This document shows positions 1-13,422 of a stretch of DNA of 64,000 nucleotides, one piece after another (the first letter of the stretch is position 1; every line of letters starts with the position of its first letter). The notes beneath the pieces are model-generated. The model was given only the letters and a program-made list of their open reading frames with translations. It had not been told where the DNA came from and ran no database searches. The stretch lies in assembly GCA_973895155.1 (NCBI GenBank), contig OZ316898.1:15468330-15532329 (forward strand), read 5' to 3'. This DNA comes from Marsupella aquatica (Eukaryota > Plantae > Marchantiophyta). Position numbers and translations under genes: made by a program.

Positions 1-99
1 AGTGTGTGCACAACATGACTAATCTAACCTATTTTGTGACTAAGGTTAGCCCTAACTACGGTATAGTCGCTACTCTAGACCTAAGAGTACATCCTAACA
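1..99 (-). mobile_element. Terminal part of a Copia LTR (continues beyond window start)
   Basis: Reverse complement begins TGTTAGGATGTACTCTTAGGTCTAGAG...CGTAGTTAGGGCTAACC, similar to the start of the solo LTR at 976 (TGTTAGGTATTTACTCATGGTCTAGGG...CGTAGTTAGGCTAACC). Confidence 0.6.
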
Positions 100-124
100 G
101 TGGAGATAAGCATCAAGGATTGAG

Positions 125-400
125 ATGGGCCCCACCAGATGAGTATCATCAGCAATGAACAAAAACATGCACCCGGAAAGGCAAGCGACAAGGCCCAGAG
201 AGCACTAGTGTGCCATGGCAAACAAAGCCCCACCAATGGGATCCCCCTGTCGAGTACTTGACTCAGAAAGAATAGTCATGTAGGACCCATGACTGAGGCA
301 GTCAGGATAGAACAAAAGGGCAAGGGTCCCATACAGGGCCCGAACAAAAGGAATGAGGGAGACAATCTCACCACCCGCCTCTCGCAACTCCTCAAAAATA
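125..400 (-). pseudogene. Non-LTR retrotransposon reverse transcriptase fragment (possibly CRE-like)
   Basis: ORF 205..387 contains SESSTRQGDPIGGALF. Past a stop, the same frame reads FIADDTHLVGP. These match RT motifs QGDPL and (Y/F)xDD. Confidence 0.7.
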
Positions 401-975
401 TGATATTGGGATTACCAAGCTCTTTTATTAGTAGATCTGAGCAAATCATTTTACTGTAGGTCGAATGATTTGCTTCTCTATAAATACTTTAGAGCAAGAA
501 TGCTGGATGTTGAAGTATTATCTTGGTGACTATGGCATTGACTTGGGCAGGTGAGATCTCACGATCAAGGCTTGAGACTCCCCTTTGAGTGCATGAGGGT
601 TGTGATGGTGCTTATTTGCAGGGGTATGTGGGTGTATCGTGTGCATACACATCGCTACACAACATACATCACTTGTCACACACATCTAAGCATAGTCACA
701 ATCAACATCACAAACATAAGAGAATGGAGTACAAGTGGAACTCCTATCCACACATGTCCAAAACCCACTTTGAATCCACGTTACGTACACACAACCTAGA
801 CAGCCACACCATAGCCGCTAGAGCTTGTCCTCGAAAGGCTCAACATCAACAGATGAGACCTTTGAGCCAACACAAAGAGACATATAAGTATCCCTCACAA
901 ACATACACTAACCCTAAAACACTTAGATAACACACATATGAAAGCCTCAAACCTACATAGTTTGATATCCTATAC

Positions 976-1322
976 TGTTAGGTATTTACTCATGGTCTAG
1001 GGTTATGACATGTAATCGTAGTTAGGCTAACCATAGTCGGAGACGTGGTTAGGTTAACTAGGATGCACACTATATGCCAAACGGTGTTTGCTTGGATAAG
1101 TGGAACTTAGGCTCATTGTTATGGAGCCACTTTAGAGATGAGGAGAGCTTACACTGTGGAGACTTGGTATGGCCAACAGGCTTAGAGTTCAATAAAGCTC
1201 TCTAACTTGTGTGTTCCCATGGACGTAGCCTCGAGAAGGTGAACCACGTATCTCTTGTGTCGACTACTTGTGCATTGGATGTGTCATGTGCTTACCGTTA
1301 CAAGTGTCGTCTATGCTCAACA
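976..1322 (+). mobile_element. Copia solo LTR (347 bp), related to the Copia-1 and Copia-3 LTRs
   Basis: TG...CA termini, flanked by TATAC at 971-975 and 1323-1327. The 3' half matches the LTRs at 37043-37246 and 48524-48998. Confidence 0.9.
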
Positions 1323-1385
1323 TATACTACCACTCATAATGGTGTGACAGGTGTAATATGTGGTCGTAGTACATATTGTATATTG

Positions 1386-1605
1386 TGATAGATATTGCTC
1401 TTAGTCTTGTTGACTCATGAGCTAACTACAGTTAGTCCAACTTGGGTTATGACTTAGCTAATGTTAGTGGTAGTGCTGTTGTGCATATAGCCAGGGCTGA
1501 TGCCAGACCCTGGTGGAACTTAGGCTCATTGTTACAGAGCTAGTTGAGAGATAGGGAGAGCTTGTGTTGTGGATGCTTGGTATGGCCGGTCGGCCTAGAG
1601 TGCAG
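1386..1605 (+). repeat. Copia-1 5' LTR, 3'-truncated (U5 and PBS missing)
   Basis: Identity to the 3' LTR stops after ...GGCCTAGAGTGCAG at 1605. No TGGTATCAGAGC follows. Confidence 0.8.
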
Positions 1606-2417
1606 CGCCGGCCGGCAGCTGCCCTTACAAACGCCTGGCCTTTTTTTGCCCGTGCCCCCGCGCTCGCCCTCTGGACAACCCCCGTCGTGACCTGGCGCCC
1701 TGCCGGTCGCCTCGCCCTCCCCCTCCCTAGACGTGCCTCAAGCGTCTGCAGCCCGTATTCTCCCCCCTTTCGCCCGCGTACTCCCGTCTTTTTCCCGCCT
1801 TGATGCCCTGACGCCTTGTACACCCTCTGGCCCGCCTCGCATCGCCTATACGACGCAGATGCGCCTTTTCTTTATATACTTGTATTTTTGTGATAACGGG
1901 CTTTGCACACCATTCAGTTAGGGCCTCATTTCTGCCTCTTTTTCCTCCTTATTGGTTTAACCTTGGTGTCGGGACCTATCGCTCTCCGTTTTAACCTCTC
2001 CGATAGGGGAACGGCCCCCTGTGAGACCTGTCGGACTGTGCGGGAATATACCCAAAAAACAAAGAGCTATTTTTTGGCCGTTCAACAAAGATTCTGTTCG
2101 CCAAACGGTAACTTTTTTTGGTTCTTTTTTGGCGAGGTCGTAGCCATTGAAGTTAGCAATGCGACGCACCGATCATATTGCAATTTTGACGACGAGTTGT
2201 ATTGGGTATTTTGGTTGTTCTCCGAGGTGGTCAAAACGGGGGAGTTTCCCAAGGTTTTACCCACCCCGACTAAAATTTGAATAACTTTTCCGTCGAATTT
2301 TGATTTTGATTTCGGCTTTCAGTATTGGACTCCTAGCTTTGTGGGCTATGCGGCGGTGTTGAGTTTTGAGTTTTGTGAGAAGTTTTGAAAAAATATGTTT
2401 TTTCGTGATTGTCTCAT

Positions 2418-4715
2418 ATGAGTGACTTGGAGGATACTGGAAGAATTGGCGTCGGTGGAGCTTTAGGATTGCGACGGTCAGACAGAGAGTCTAAGGAGGA
2501 GCTGCTACCGTTTGAGGAGGAACTTATAACACCGGTACAATCATCAGTGCGGCGTGCAGTGGAGGAAGCTGTGTTACTACCAGAGCTGTTGGTAGTGGGA
2601 AAGAAGAGCGAGATGGCTAGATTTGGAGGAGTAAAGTTTGAGGTAGAGAAGTACGATGGTCGTACTGATTACTTACTCTGGGAGAAGCAAGTGAAGTGTG
2701 TTCTACGGGCCAAGGGCTTAGCTTATCTGCTTTCATCGCGAGAGCAGTATGATGGAGAGGAGGAGATTTTTGTGAGACAGTGGAGACAGGAGCAGGTGAT
2801 TATTGTCAACGCAGTGATGCTATATCTCAAGTCGCACATCATCTAGCAGCTGGATGATTATGCGGATTGCATGTCGCTATTCAAGGCTCTAAGAGAGAAG
2901 TACTATCGGGAAGATGCGTCAGACCGGTTGTACAAGAAGTCTCTCTTGATGAGCCTCAGGCTCAAAGAAGGGAGCAAGATGCAGGATCACCTGGATGAAT
3001 TTGACAGTCTAGCGGTGGATCTGTCAAACCTGGGAAAGGGAGTTGAAGATGAGGATAAGACCTTGCTTCTGCTAAGCTCCTTACCGCCGTCATATCAGGG
3101 CTTGAAATAGGTGCTCTTGTATAGAGATCTAAAGTTCATTTTGTATAATGAGGTGGTGAGCTCTTTATTGTCTGATGATTCTCAGAAGAAGTTGGGTCAA
3201 TCACAAACAGTATCTTCTTCTGGCACTGCGCTGAACATGAACCGTGGGAGAGCAGCACAACGCTCAAATGGGCAAAACAGGTTTAGATCTACATCACGGG
3301 GGAGATCTAAATCCAGAGGAAAATTGCAAGAGATGAAGCCTCTTGCATGTTGGAATTGTGGCAAGCCAGGCCACATGAAAAGGGATTGTTGAGTAAAGAA
3401 CCCTACTGCATCTGCTAACGCGGCATCGAGTTTGCATGAGGTAGATTTACTCGATGATGATGACATATTGTGATGCCAAGGTTATGCTCTCAACGCAGTG
3501 TCAAATCCAGGTAGTGATGACTGGATTCTAGATAGTGCATGTATTTTTCACATTTGCTCTAGGAGAGATTTTGTCAGTTCTTACATAGAGTCCAATGGGT
3601 CAGTGTTGATGGGAAATGGAATCCCATGTCAAGTTGTTGGACTTGGATCTGTAAGATTTCAGATGTTTCATGATGTTGTGAGAACGTTGAGGAATGTGAG
3701 ACATATTCCCAGCATGATGAAAAATCTCATTTCACTTGGAGTTTTAGAAGCAAATGGCCATCAGTGGAGTTCTGCTAATGGTGTTCTTCAGGTTTCAACT
3801 GGTACTAAAGTTGTATTGAAGGAAAAGAGACATAACAATCTATACGTTTTGGAGGGCAGTGTAGTCTGTGATGAAGCCAATGTAACCTTATCTCATGAGG
3901 AGATGGCCCGACTATGGCACTTCCGTTTGGGCCACATGAGTGAAAAAGGTTTGGTTATTCTTCAGAAGAAAGGATTACTTTCTAATTTGCAATCTTGTAA
4001 GTTGAAATTCTGTGAGCATTGTGTGTTTGGGAAGCAGCACAGGAAACCCTTTGGAATTGGAACTCACACCAGCAAGGAGGTACTTGAGTATGTACATAGT
4101 GATGTGTGGGGTCCAGCCCCTACTCCCTCACATTTTGGACGGTTATACTATGTCACGTTCATAGACGATTACTCAAAGTATGTGTGGATATACTTTATAC
4201 ACAACAAGTCTGATATTTTTGCCACTTTTAAGGAGTGGAAAGTCCAAGTAGAGAATCAAACTGGTAATAAGGTGAGACATCTTTGATCGGATAATGGCGG
4301 TGAATATAGTTCCGAGGAATTTAGAACATATTGTAAGGAGCAAGGGATTACCCCCATCTCATAATAAGTTATACTCCTCAGTAGAATGGTGTTTCTGAGA
4401 GACTCAACCGAACACTGTTGGACCGCTCGAGGAGTATGTTGAGTCAATCATGCTTACTACGTGAGTTTTAGGCTGAAGCTGTCAACACTGCAGCTTATTT
4501 GGTAAATTTTTCTCCATCCAGTTCTATTGGATTCAAGACGTCATTTGAAATGAGGTACGGGCGTCCAGCAGATTACTCACATCTGAGGATTTTCGGATGT
4601 GATGCTTATGTGCTTACACCTTCCCAACTTCAATCCAAGCTGGAGTCCAAGTCGAAGAAGTGCAATTTCCTTGGCTATTAGAAAGGTGTGAAGGGTTATA
4701 GGTTATGGGATCCAG
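2418..4715 (+). pseudogene. Copia-1 gag-protease-integrase, 5' part with multiple stops
   Basis: KFEVEKYDG gag motif, zinc knuckle CWNCGKPGHMKRDC, protease WILDSAC, integrase LWHFRLGH...CEHC, VHSDVWGP and FIDDYS. Interrupted at LWDP by the CACTA element. Confidence 0.9.
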
Positions 4716-4919
4716 CACTAGAAGGAAATCGGGATTTTATCACTACCTAATTCACTTGTTTCAGAGTGATAACGGACAATTTACAACTCAATGGTTTGAG
4801 TGCACTAATGTCAGTCGCTTTAGACAACTAGTCGTATTGAGCATGAAGTCATTTATAACAAGTACTCAAAATGTATGAGTGGTTTATGTCACCGTCGGTT
4901 TCAAACCCAACGGTCTTAA

Positions 4920-5460
4920 ATAACTAGAAAAATAACAGTTATTTAAATTTTGCCCAAAACAACTACTATGGTGATTGTTTTTGACAAATGATACTTAGAC
5001 ATGTGGCAGTCTCCACAATCATTGGGGGTGACATTTGCCAAAAGTCAATTGTGGTCAATGCACCTTGAACCTCAAACAACTTCTTTCATGACTAGAATTC
5101 AAGTAGAAACTATATAGCCCTTGCCACTATATGACTAGATTTTGAGTCTTAAAGATACTTTGTGTTAAATTTTTAATACTAGTTATATGACTAGAAAAAT
5201 AACAATTATTACATTTTGCCCAAAACAACTACTATGATGACTTTTTTTGACAAATGATACCTAAACATGTGGCGGTCTCCACAATCATTGGGGGTGACAA
5301 TTGCCAAAAGTCAATTGTGGTCAATGCACCTTGAACCTCAAATAACTTCTTTCATGACTAGAATTCAAGTAGAAACTATATAGCCCTTGCCACTATATGA
5401 CTAGATTGTGAGTCTTAAAGATACTTTGTGTCAACTTTTAATACTAGTTATATGACTAGA
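4920..5460. repeat. Subterminal tandem duplication in CACTA, about 267 bp x2
   Basis: Block ACTAGAAAAATAACA...TTTTGCCCAAAACAACTACTATG...TAATACTAGTTATATG occurs at about 4922 and about 5189. Confidence 0.85.
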
Positions 5461-6169
5461 ATTGAAATCATAACCAAATTACATTTACAACTTGTAGTGT
5501 CACTAAATTTAAAGTGATAACATGACATATTAGACACATGTAATACTTGCAGCTATATAACTAAGTTTGATATAATAAAGATATTATTTTGCAATTTAGT
5601 TCTTGATATATGTCTTAAATTGAAGTAGTAATTGTAAAGTTTTTGTTATTTGTTATATATGACTGTATTTACAGACCTATCATTCAGTCCATTATTACTT
5701 GCTATATGACTACATCTTCTTAAGTGTTATAGATTGCTACGTTACAACTTTAAAATGGGTGATGAACATTATATCTTTGATAACTATAGTTGCAGTAGTA
5801 TGACCATAGTCTAGTATTGATCACTTCAATTGTAGTGATTTGGGTGTACTATAGAACTTGAATGATAGTACATTGGAATGTCGAATCACTAGATGTAGAG
5901 ACATTAGTTTTAAAGTTCTAAACCCTAAATAGCAATAGCAAAAACCTCAAATGTCTCACATACACATTCAAATAAATTTGAGAAATGACACAATCTTAGT
6001 AAGTCATCATTTCAAACACCAACAAAATTCTAGAGTGATACACATCTGGGAATCCAAAAATTGAGAGCCATAGTTGCACAATAGTATCCATGCTACCTAT
6101 ATGGGAACCTATATACTTCTTCAATCACATGGATTCTCTATTGCAAGCTTTACTCCTCAATTACTAATC

Positions 6170-9141
6170 CTACTTCCTCATTAACTTCTGCCTCCACAAA
6201 AATGGGTGCCCCTTCACATGTTTGAGGGCTACCAAGCCTTCTGGGTGCTTTTCTTGGAGAGGTGCATCTCCATTCAAAATAGAAATAGCTTTGACAATCA
6301 AGAAGCCAGTAGGAACTGGGTTGTCATAATATCGATCAAGTCCACACACTCCATCAATTCTGGAAATAGCAATCACCTGCTGATCCACTGGTGATTTCAA
6401 TTTCACCATGTCTCCTACTTTAAACTGTCACACATCAACAACATAACACAACCATTTCATTACTTAGACTTGTTAATGACAAGTTACAGCAAATAAACAA
6501 ATAGGATATGTATTGAAAGCAATCATTTGCTTTTGCTCACCTTCAAGACAAAAGGTGAAGGGATCGACTTTGAAAACTCTGTAACAATGGCTTCTTCAGA
6601 TGACTTTGTCAAAACAACTTCAGGTGTCAAAGCTTCTATTATCTCCTGCAAAACAGATTAGGGTGAGACAACTTACATAAGCATGCCCTACCAGGTTCAT
6701 ATTACAAATTCATGGGATAATGAACACATTAATAGTACAAAGTTTAGGGTTTAGATGGTATTCCAACCTTATCTTTGCCTGCTTGATCATGCTGCGCAGG
6801 CGAACTGTATACCACCTCTGTTTCTTCATTGATCTCTTGCTTCACAATCACTGGGTCATAATTGTATTCCACAGCAGCATTGAGATCAATCCCCTGATCA
6901 TCTTCAACTGCCCATTAACATTTCAAGACATTAGAAAACATTCACTAATCCAAGTCATGCATGCTTGATTACACATACTTTAACTGTCCTCTGTAAAGAA
7001 CATACCTTCTTTGGTCAAGTCCACCAAAAAGTCTAGTTTCACAGCTGAAGTACTACGGCCTGAATGACTTTTCGGAACTAAACTCATTCGTGAGGGCATT
7101 GAAGACTGTCCCGGCCCAACTGGGACAGTTCTGGTTTCTTCCACATCTTGACTTAGGCTAGGTTTTGTCAAAACAGTTAACATTTTGTTAAACCCAACAC
7201 TCATCCCTGTACTTATTGCATTCACAATTGTACTCAACATACGCTCATCACGTCCTTCCTCGTCTCCCATCATAACCCTGGAACCTGGTGTCTGCAACCA
7301 TTGAACAATCATACAAAAGTTAGTGCATATCACCTAGACTTGGCAATTTGGAAATCAAAAATTGGACTTGTGAACTAATACTCACAATTGACTTTCTGCC
7401 TCTCCGATGAGATGGTGTGGTCTGTCCTGTGACAGATCTCACACTTGATACTCCAAATCTATCATCTTTTGAGCGTAGCTCAGACAGAGGTGGACTTTCC
7501 CCTCTTTTTCTCTTCTGAGCAATGAAACCAAACAATACATATTAGAATGAAACTTCTTGCTTCTTTACATACCAATTGCTAAAACAAAGGAAGACACATG
7601 CTGTAAGCCTACTTGTTGTTTACAAACATTCATAATAACTGTAAATGAATCTTGTATACTTACAAGGTCAGACTCCTTCCCACGGTAGCCACCTCGTCCA
7701 ACCCTTGATGGATTAATGACTTTAGATCTTGCATACTTCATCTTGTCAATGCTAGACATCCCTTCTGGAGACAACCACCACTCACACAATGCCTTCCAAT
7801 GTTCAGGCTTCACATTCTCAGGGGGCTTCTTGTCCAAGCGTCTTCCACCTTCCTGAAAATGTTTGTGGAGTCTTGCTCGCTGTGCTTTCATTACTGCTGA
7901 ACAATGAGACCTGAACTTCTTCATTGACAGAGTCCCCTGTACATACTCCCAATCGTTCTCCAACACAGCATAAACATGAAGAAGAATCCCTGAGTCTTGC
8001 TTCTTAATCTCACGGATAGAAGGATTCAGTTTACCCATACACACAGCACGAAGATCATCTCCCCAACATGCCCGATATGGATCATTGGGATCAACATCAT
8101 TGTTCCAAATCTGCACACAATGCATCATAAGAGACCAATAACAAAGGACAAACAATAAATCACAAACATGATCTTTCACAAGCAACATACAGTGATTGCA
8201 GCTTTCTTCATGCCCAACTTGCGACGCTCGCTTGTGTTCTCTTCCCATTGTTTCTTTGCAGCACGAGATGATTGTCGTACGTGTGTCTGTTCTGATCTTT
8301 CTGTGATAATTCCATCATCCAGATCACGAGCAGATGCTCTAGGCAAGGGTGTCACTACCACAACCAACCAAAGAGATTCTGTTAGCAAGTCAAACATTCA
8401 TGTAACTTGTGACAATCAATCTGCAACTGTGAGAATCTCTGAACTTAGGATTCACTTGGCAAGTCAAAAACAAGTTCATGGCAAGTGAGGTAATGAATAA
8501 ATTACTTACACACACTCACTTCCTTTGTCCTAGGATCCACATAATATTTAAGCCCTGACTTTCGGGGAGCCTGAGGATAACAGTGTGCACATTCAAGTAA
8601 TTAGTAACAGTAGCACCAGATTGAGATATACAGAAATTGGACAATTAATGCAATTAGCTTCAAGTGAAGTAGAAAATGACAATGAGTCTTCTCTTACCTT
8701 ACGTAGCTCTTGAACACCATCTGATTCAAAGCCATCACTTAAACCTGCCCCATAATTTGTCTCAGCTGATTTTTCAGACTCATCACTCCCACTGTTATCA
8801 CTCTCCATGATTTTCTCCAGGTGCCTGCCAAGTAATCGTGAACTCCTACGCTTTGCTATAGACGGCTGATTTTGTTCAGTCTTCTTTGACAACTTAGATA
8901 GACGCTTGACCCGTGCCTCACCCTGTAAACTGCAATCACCCTGGCAATGTCATGAGTGTGAACCATTAGTAATAAAGTCAAGGCATAAATTCAAAACTAT
9001 ATAGGGATAGAGTACATACTTTAAATCTCTTGCAGCAGTTCCTACGAACTGGTCAAGTATAGCTTGGTTGGCTGCTATGTTCTTATTCCTCTGTGCCTCA
9101 TAGGCATTCTCAGAACCTTTCACCCCAGACCGATCATGCAT
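6170..9141 (-). CDS. CACTA TnpA-like (ORF2) protein, multi-exon; exact exon structure not resolved
   Basis: Consecutive ORF segments with GT-AG borders: NAYEAQRNKNIAAN at the N-terminus, PPENVKPEHWKALCEWWLSPEG (Ptta/En-Spm Transposase_24-like) and a C-terminal segment VKLKSP...FLW. Lies downstream of TnpD on the same strand. Confidence 0.75.
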
Positions 9142-9214
9142 TTCAATTCAAAACTGCATAAAAAACACTATCACCAAAGAGCAATCAGTACTTCCTGCCC
9201 CTAGAGGCACATTC

Positions 9215-12200
9215 TCACTCTTCATCTGAATCTTCTTCATCTTCCCAGACATCATCATCATCACTATCACTTCTTGTCAACACTGCCATCTCCTGAAAAA
9301 CTACAATTTCTCCTTCATCCAAGGGCACTCGTCTGTTAGCTGCTGCAACAAGCTCAGCCTCAACAGCCTCATGACGATCCACAAGATCATTAAACTCAAG
9401 GTCATTTGTACCCTCAACAACTCGTCGAGACCTCCCTTCCTTATGGAGGACATGTCTCCAAGAGGCCCTGGCTGTGTTTGGGTAAAAGAAAACCTGCTCA
9501 ATCTGACTGGGCAAGACATAATCTAATTTCTCAGTTGAGGGATAAGGCATATTAAAATTGGCAAGCCATAGGCCAGTCTCATCATGTTTCATTGATGGAT
9601 TAGACCTGTCCTCTCCCCACTTAGACTGCACCCACTTTGCCTTCAAGATTATGGCTGGTTTAGAATGTAACATAGGTCCATAGTCAAGCACAAGTATCTG
9701 TGTCAGAACCCCCACATATGTAAGCTTGGCCAAATTCACCCCGGTTTCTTCCCTGATCTGCTCATGGAAAGTTGTGGCCACCCCGGAATCAAATGTAGCA
9801 TATCCTTGACAATCAGTGTCCCTAAGAGTGGACATCTCACGCCATTCGCCATTCCTATCTTTGCAGCGCATCACTCTATAATGGTTCCCAAAAGCCTTCA
9901 TTGAAATGTAAGACAAAGCCTTCTGGCTTGGTGGAAAAGAAATTGCAGTCAACAGCAACTTGTCCTCATTGTCATCCAGGTTAGCCTTGTGTATTGTATC
10001 CCTGAACCATACTCCAAAAGGAATGGAAGCAAATTCAACAGGACAGGCCATTGCTTGACGTCTGCCTCGTCGTCGTTCTGCATTATGCTGTCTTAGAACA
10101 GCTTCTCTTTCTATCCTTCGCTCCTCCTCTTCTGACTCATACAACCTTCCAAGCAAGCAAAGAACAATATCAGACACCACAAAAGAAAGACTGTCATGTT
10201 GTGACAATGCATTTAGAACTACATTATTGAACACTCAGACAGCCAGCAACAAAATGATGTAGTTATTTCATGTACCTGAGCCATGGTGCAACCTGTACAT
10301 GGTTCTGTAGGTAATAGGTGTGGGCAGCATCTCGATCAGCAACACTTAGAGACAGTTTACTTGAGGCCCCTTCCAGGACCACACCTTTAACCCCTGCCTC
10401 TTCTTCAGAGTCCCAGACCCGCTGCCGAGTTACTTCGCACTGAACCATATACTCTGTGAGAAATCCTAATGCCTCCTCTAGGATATAACCCTCAGCCATA
10501 GATGCCTCTGGTCGTGCCCTGTTTCTTACAAAACCCTTTAGTTTTTTCAAGTATCTCTCAATTGGATACATCCACCGTTGTGACACAGGTCCACATATAT
10601 CTAGCTCTTCCACTATATGCACCATCAAATGTGTCATGACATCAAAAAACGAAGCTGGAAAATGCATTTCCAGAGCACACAAAGTATGTGCCACATCTGT
10701 CATCAGTTCATCCTTAGTGCTAGGGTCCCAGACCTTACAGCAAATTTTATGCCACACACGACACACACTAATGATAGCCATTCGAGGTCCTGTTGCCATC
10801 AAGTCATTCAATGCCAAGGGAAGTATCTGCTGCATGAGGCAATGGTAGTCATGAGACTTGAGGCCAGCCAACTTATTGCTGGCTCTCACACACTTTGCCA
10901 ATGAGCTACCAAAATCTGTGGGAACCTTCAAGTTCTTCAAAGTGCCCAGGAACTCCTCCAGCTCTGGTTTGCTCATCACATAGGGCGCCTTGGGCTTCAA
11001 AAAATGGTCCTTCTTATTGTTTGGATGAGGCTTCATCCACAGCTGCTCGTGAATGCCTTCAGCCTCCATATCATTCCGCACAGCAGTGGTATCCTTCTTC
11101 CCAGAAGTAGTGTGAATCAAATTCTGAGCAATGTTCTTCTCTGTGTGCATGGGATCCAGCACATGGTTGATCAGAAGTTTCTGCATCCAAACAACAAAAA
11201 GCAGATCAGTCCAACTGCAAATTGACATGTGTGTACAATGCTGGTACTATGCAATATCTTAAAGTGAAAAAGGTGAATGCCAGTGCGATTTTACTCACCG
11301 ACCAGTATGGCAGTTTTGCAAGACCTTGTGTCCTCTTCACCCCATGAAGCTTCGAAGGACAGTTCTTGCTTCCTTGTTTGGCCCCAGGTGTTTTCAAGTA
11401 CTCTTCCACATCAGCAGCAAAGGCTAATTTTTGCTCACAAGTCATCCTTGGGGGAGGCCCCCGTGGCTCGCACTCCCCATCAAATTTTGCTGTATAACTT
11501 TGGGAGCGGTATTTATGGTTCTCCTCCAACCACCTTCGACTCCCCAGAAATACATTCTTGGATAGAGCAGCAGACCTTCTGCAGCTTACATTGGGACCAC
11601 ACACAATGCATCCATGATATCCTTTTGTGACTTGACCCAATATGAGACCCAAAGCTGGGTAGTCGTTCACTGTCCACAATAGAATGGCCCGCAGATTGAA
11701 CCACTTATTCAGGCCAGGCCTGTCAAGTGCATCAAAGCATGGAACTCCCTCCCAGAGCTCCAAAAGCTCCTCCAGCAATGGAGCCATGTAAATGTCAATG
11801 TTGCGGTCAGTCACTGAATCAGGCCCAGGGATCAGCAAAGATAACATAATGAAGAACTTCTTGGTGGACAACCAAGGGGGCAGATTGTAATTCAACAATA
11901 CAACAGGCCATGTAGAGTGCTTGAGGTTGTTTTCCCCAAAGGGGTTCACACCATCCAGAGCCAATCCAAGGTGTACATTGCGAGGCTCTGCTTCAAATGT
12001 TGGATCAATGGTTGTATCAATCTCCTTCCATGCCCTAGAATCTGCAACATGCCGGACCTTTCCATCTGTGCTTTTATTGTCCTTATGCCATGTCATCAAC
12101 TCTGAAATTGCCTTGCACCTGTACATTCGTTTCAACCTGGGTATGAGGGGGAAATGTCGAAGGACTTTCACAGGTTGCTTTGATTGTCCAACCTGCTTAT

Positions 12201-13064
12201 ACCTAGGCTTTTTGCACAGTGGACACTCTTCGCAATGAGCATGCTCCTTTCTGAATAGGACACATCCATCCTCACAAGCATCAATTTTGACATAATCCAA
12301 GCCAGCATGACTAATCAGCTTCTTGCATGCATACAGGTTTTTAGGCAGCAGATTCTTAGCAGGCATCAACTGTTTCCCCATCAACGAAAGCAGTTCATCA
12401 ACTCCAGAGTTGGTGAAACCATGATTATGGCATGTGTTTAGAAATGTCAACACAAATGACAATTGGGAAGTAGTGGACCCCTCATACAAAGGGCACACGC
12501 CTCTTCAAATGCTTGCATCATCTTCTCCTCTGCCTGTTGGTCCCAAATCTGAGGTGTTGCTTCTCCAGATGTACTATCCCCCTCTAGAAGATCATCCATG
12601 TTGAAGAGACCCTCTTCGCTTTCCTGCAGAGTGGGCTCCTCTGCAGTGGTTTCTTGGACAGGTTCACTGGCATTAGCAGTTTCACTTGGTATTGCCAGGT
12701 CCTCTAGTATCCCAGGGATATCTATGCCACAATCCATATCATTGGCAAGTTCCTCTGCACATCTTGCATTGTCCACAGGGCCCTCAAATGCACCATCCCC
12801 CTCCATGCAGCGTGCATTCCACTCATCATCATAAGAGTCACAGTCCTCTCCCCACCAATACCTTTGCGATGGGTGGCGAGAATTCTGAATGAGGTGCTTT
12901 TTGACTGTCCCTAGACTCACACGATTACCCCTACAGTTGCAAATGTAGCAAGGACATTTTATCTTTGTCATCCCAGCAGCTCTACAAGCTGCAGTCTGTC
13001 GACGCCATAACTTATCATCCCTCCTATTCAAGTCATCTTGACTACCACGAAAGTTCCTCAACAT
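9215..13064 (-). CDS. CACTA TnpD transposase; introns 11181-11298 and 10146-10275; one frameshift near 12495
   Basis: N-terminal CPCxxC...VKKHL domain, IDACEDGCVLF, LALDGVNPF, WPVVLLNYNLPPW, VNDYPALG, PYWS|KLLINHVLDPMHTEKN, LKSHDYH, RWMYPIER and a DUF4216-like C-terminus. Confidence 0.92.
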
Positions 13065-13422
13065 TGTTTCAGCCACTTCAAGTCAATCCAATCAATGTCT
13101 TCCACTCAATTTTCCAGAATGTAGAGGACCCACGTACCTTGCAACCTCTGCAAGCTCTTTGGATACTGCAATCCTCCACTCTAATGGTACCAGCACTGGA
13201 CTCCACACCTCTAGGCTACTCTACATGTACATCCATGACCATATCAGAATACAATGGTGTATAGTCATAGAATCCCACTCCACTAGCTCAGTGATATCAG
13301 ATCTGTGAATCTTATCAGATCAGTACAAATACCACTCCTGTGCTCGATGATAGTCAAGCCTCAGGTACTCAGGCAGGTACATTAAGTCATCTAAGTCTAA
13401 CCCAAGATCATGCCATGGTGGT

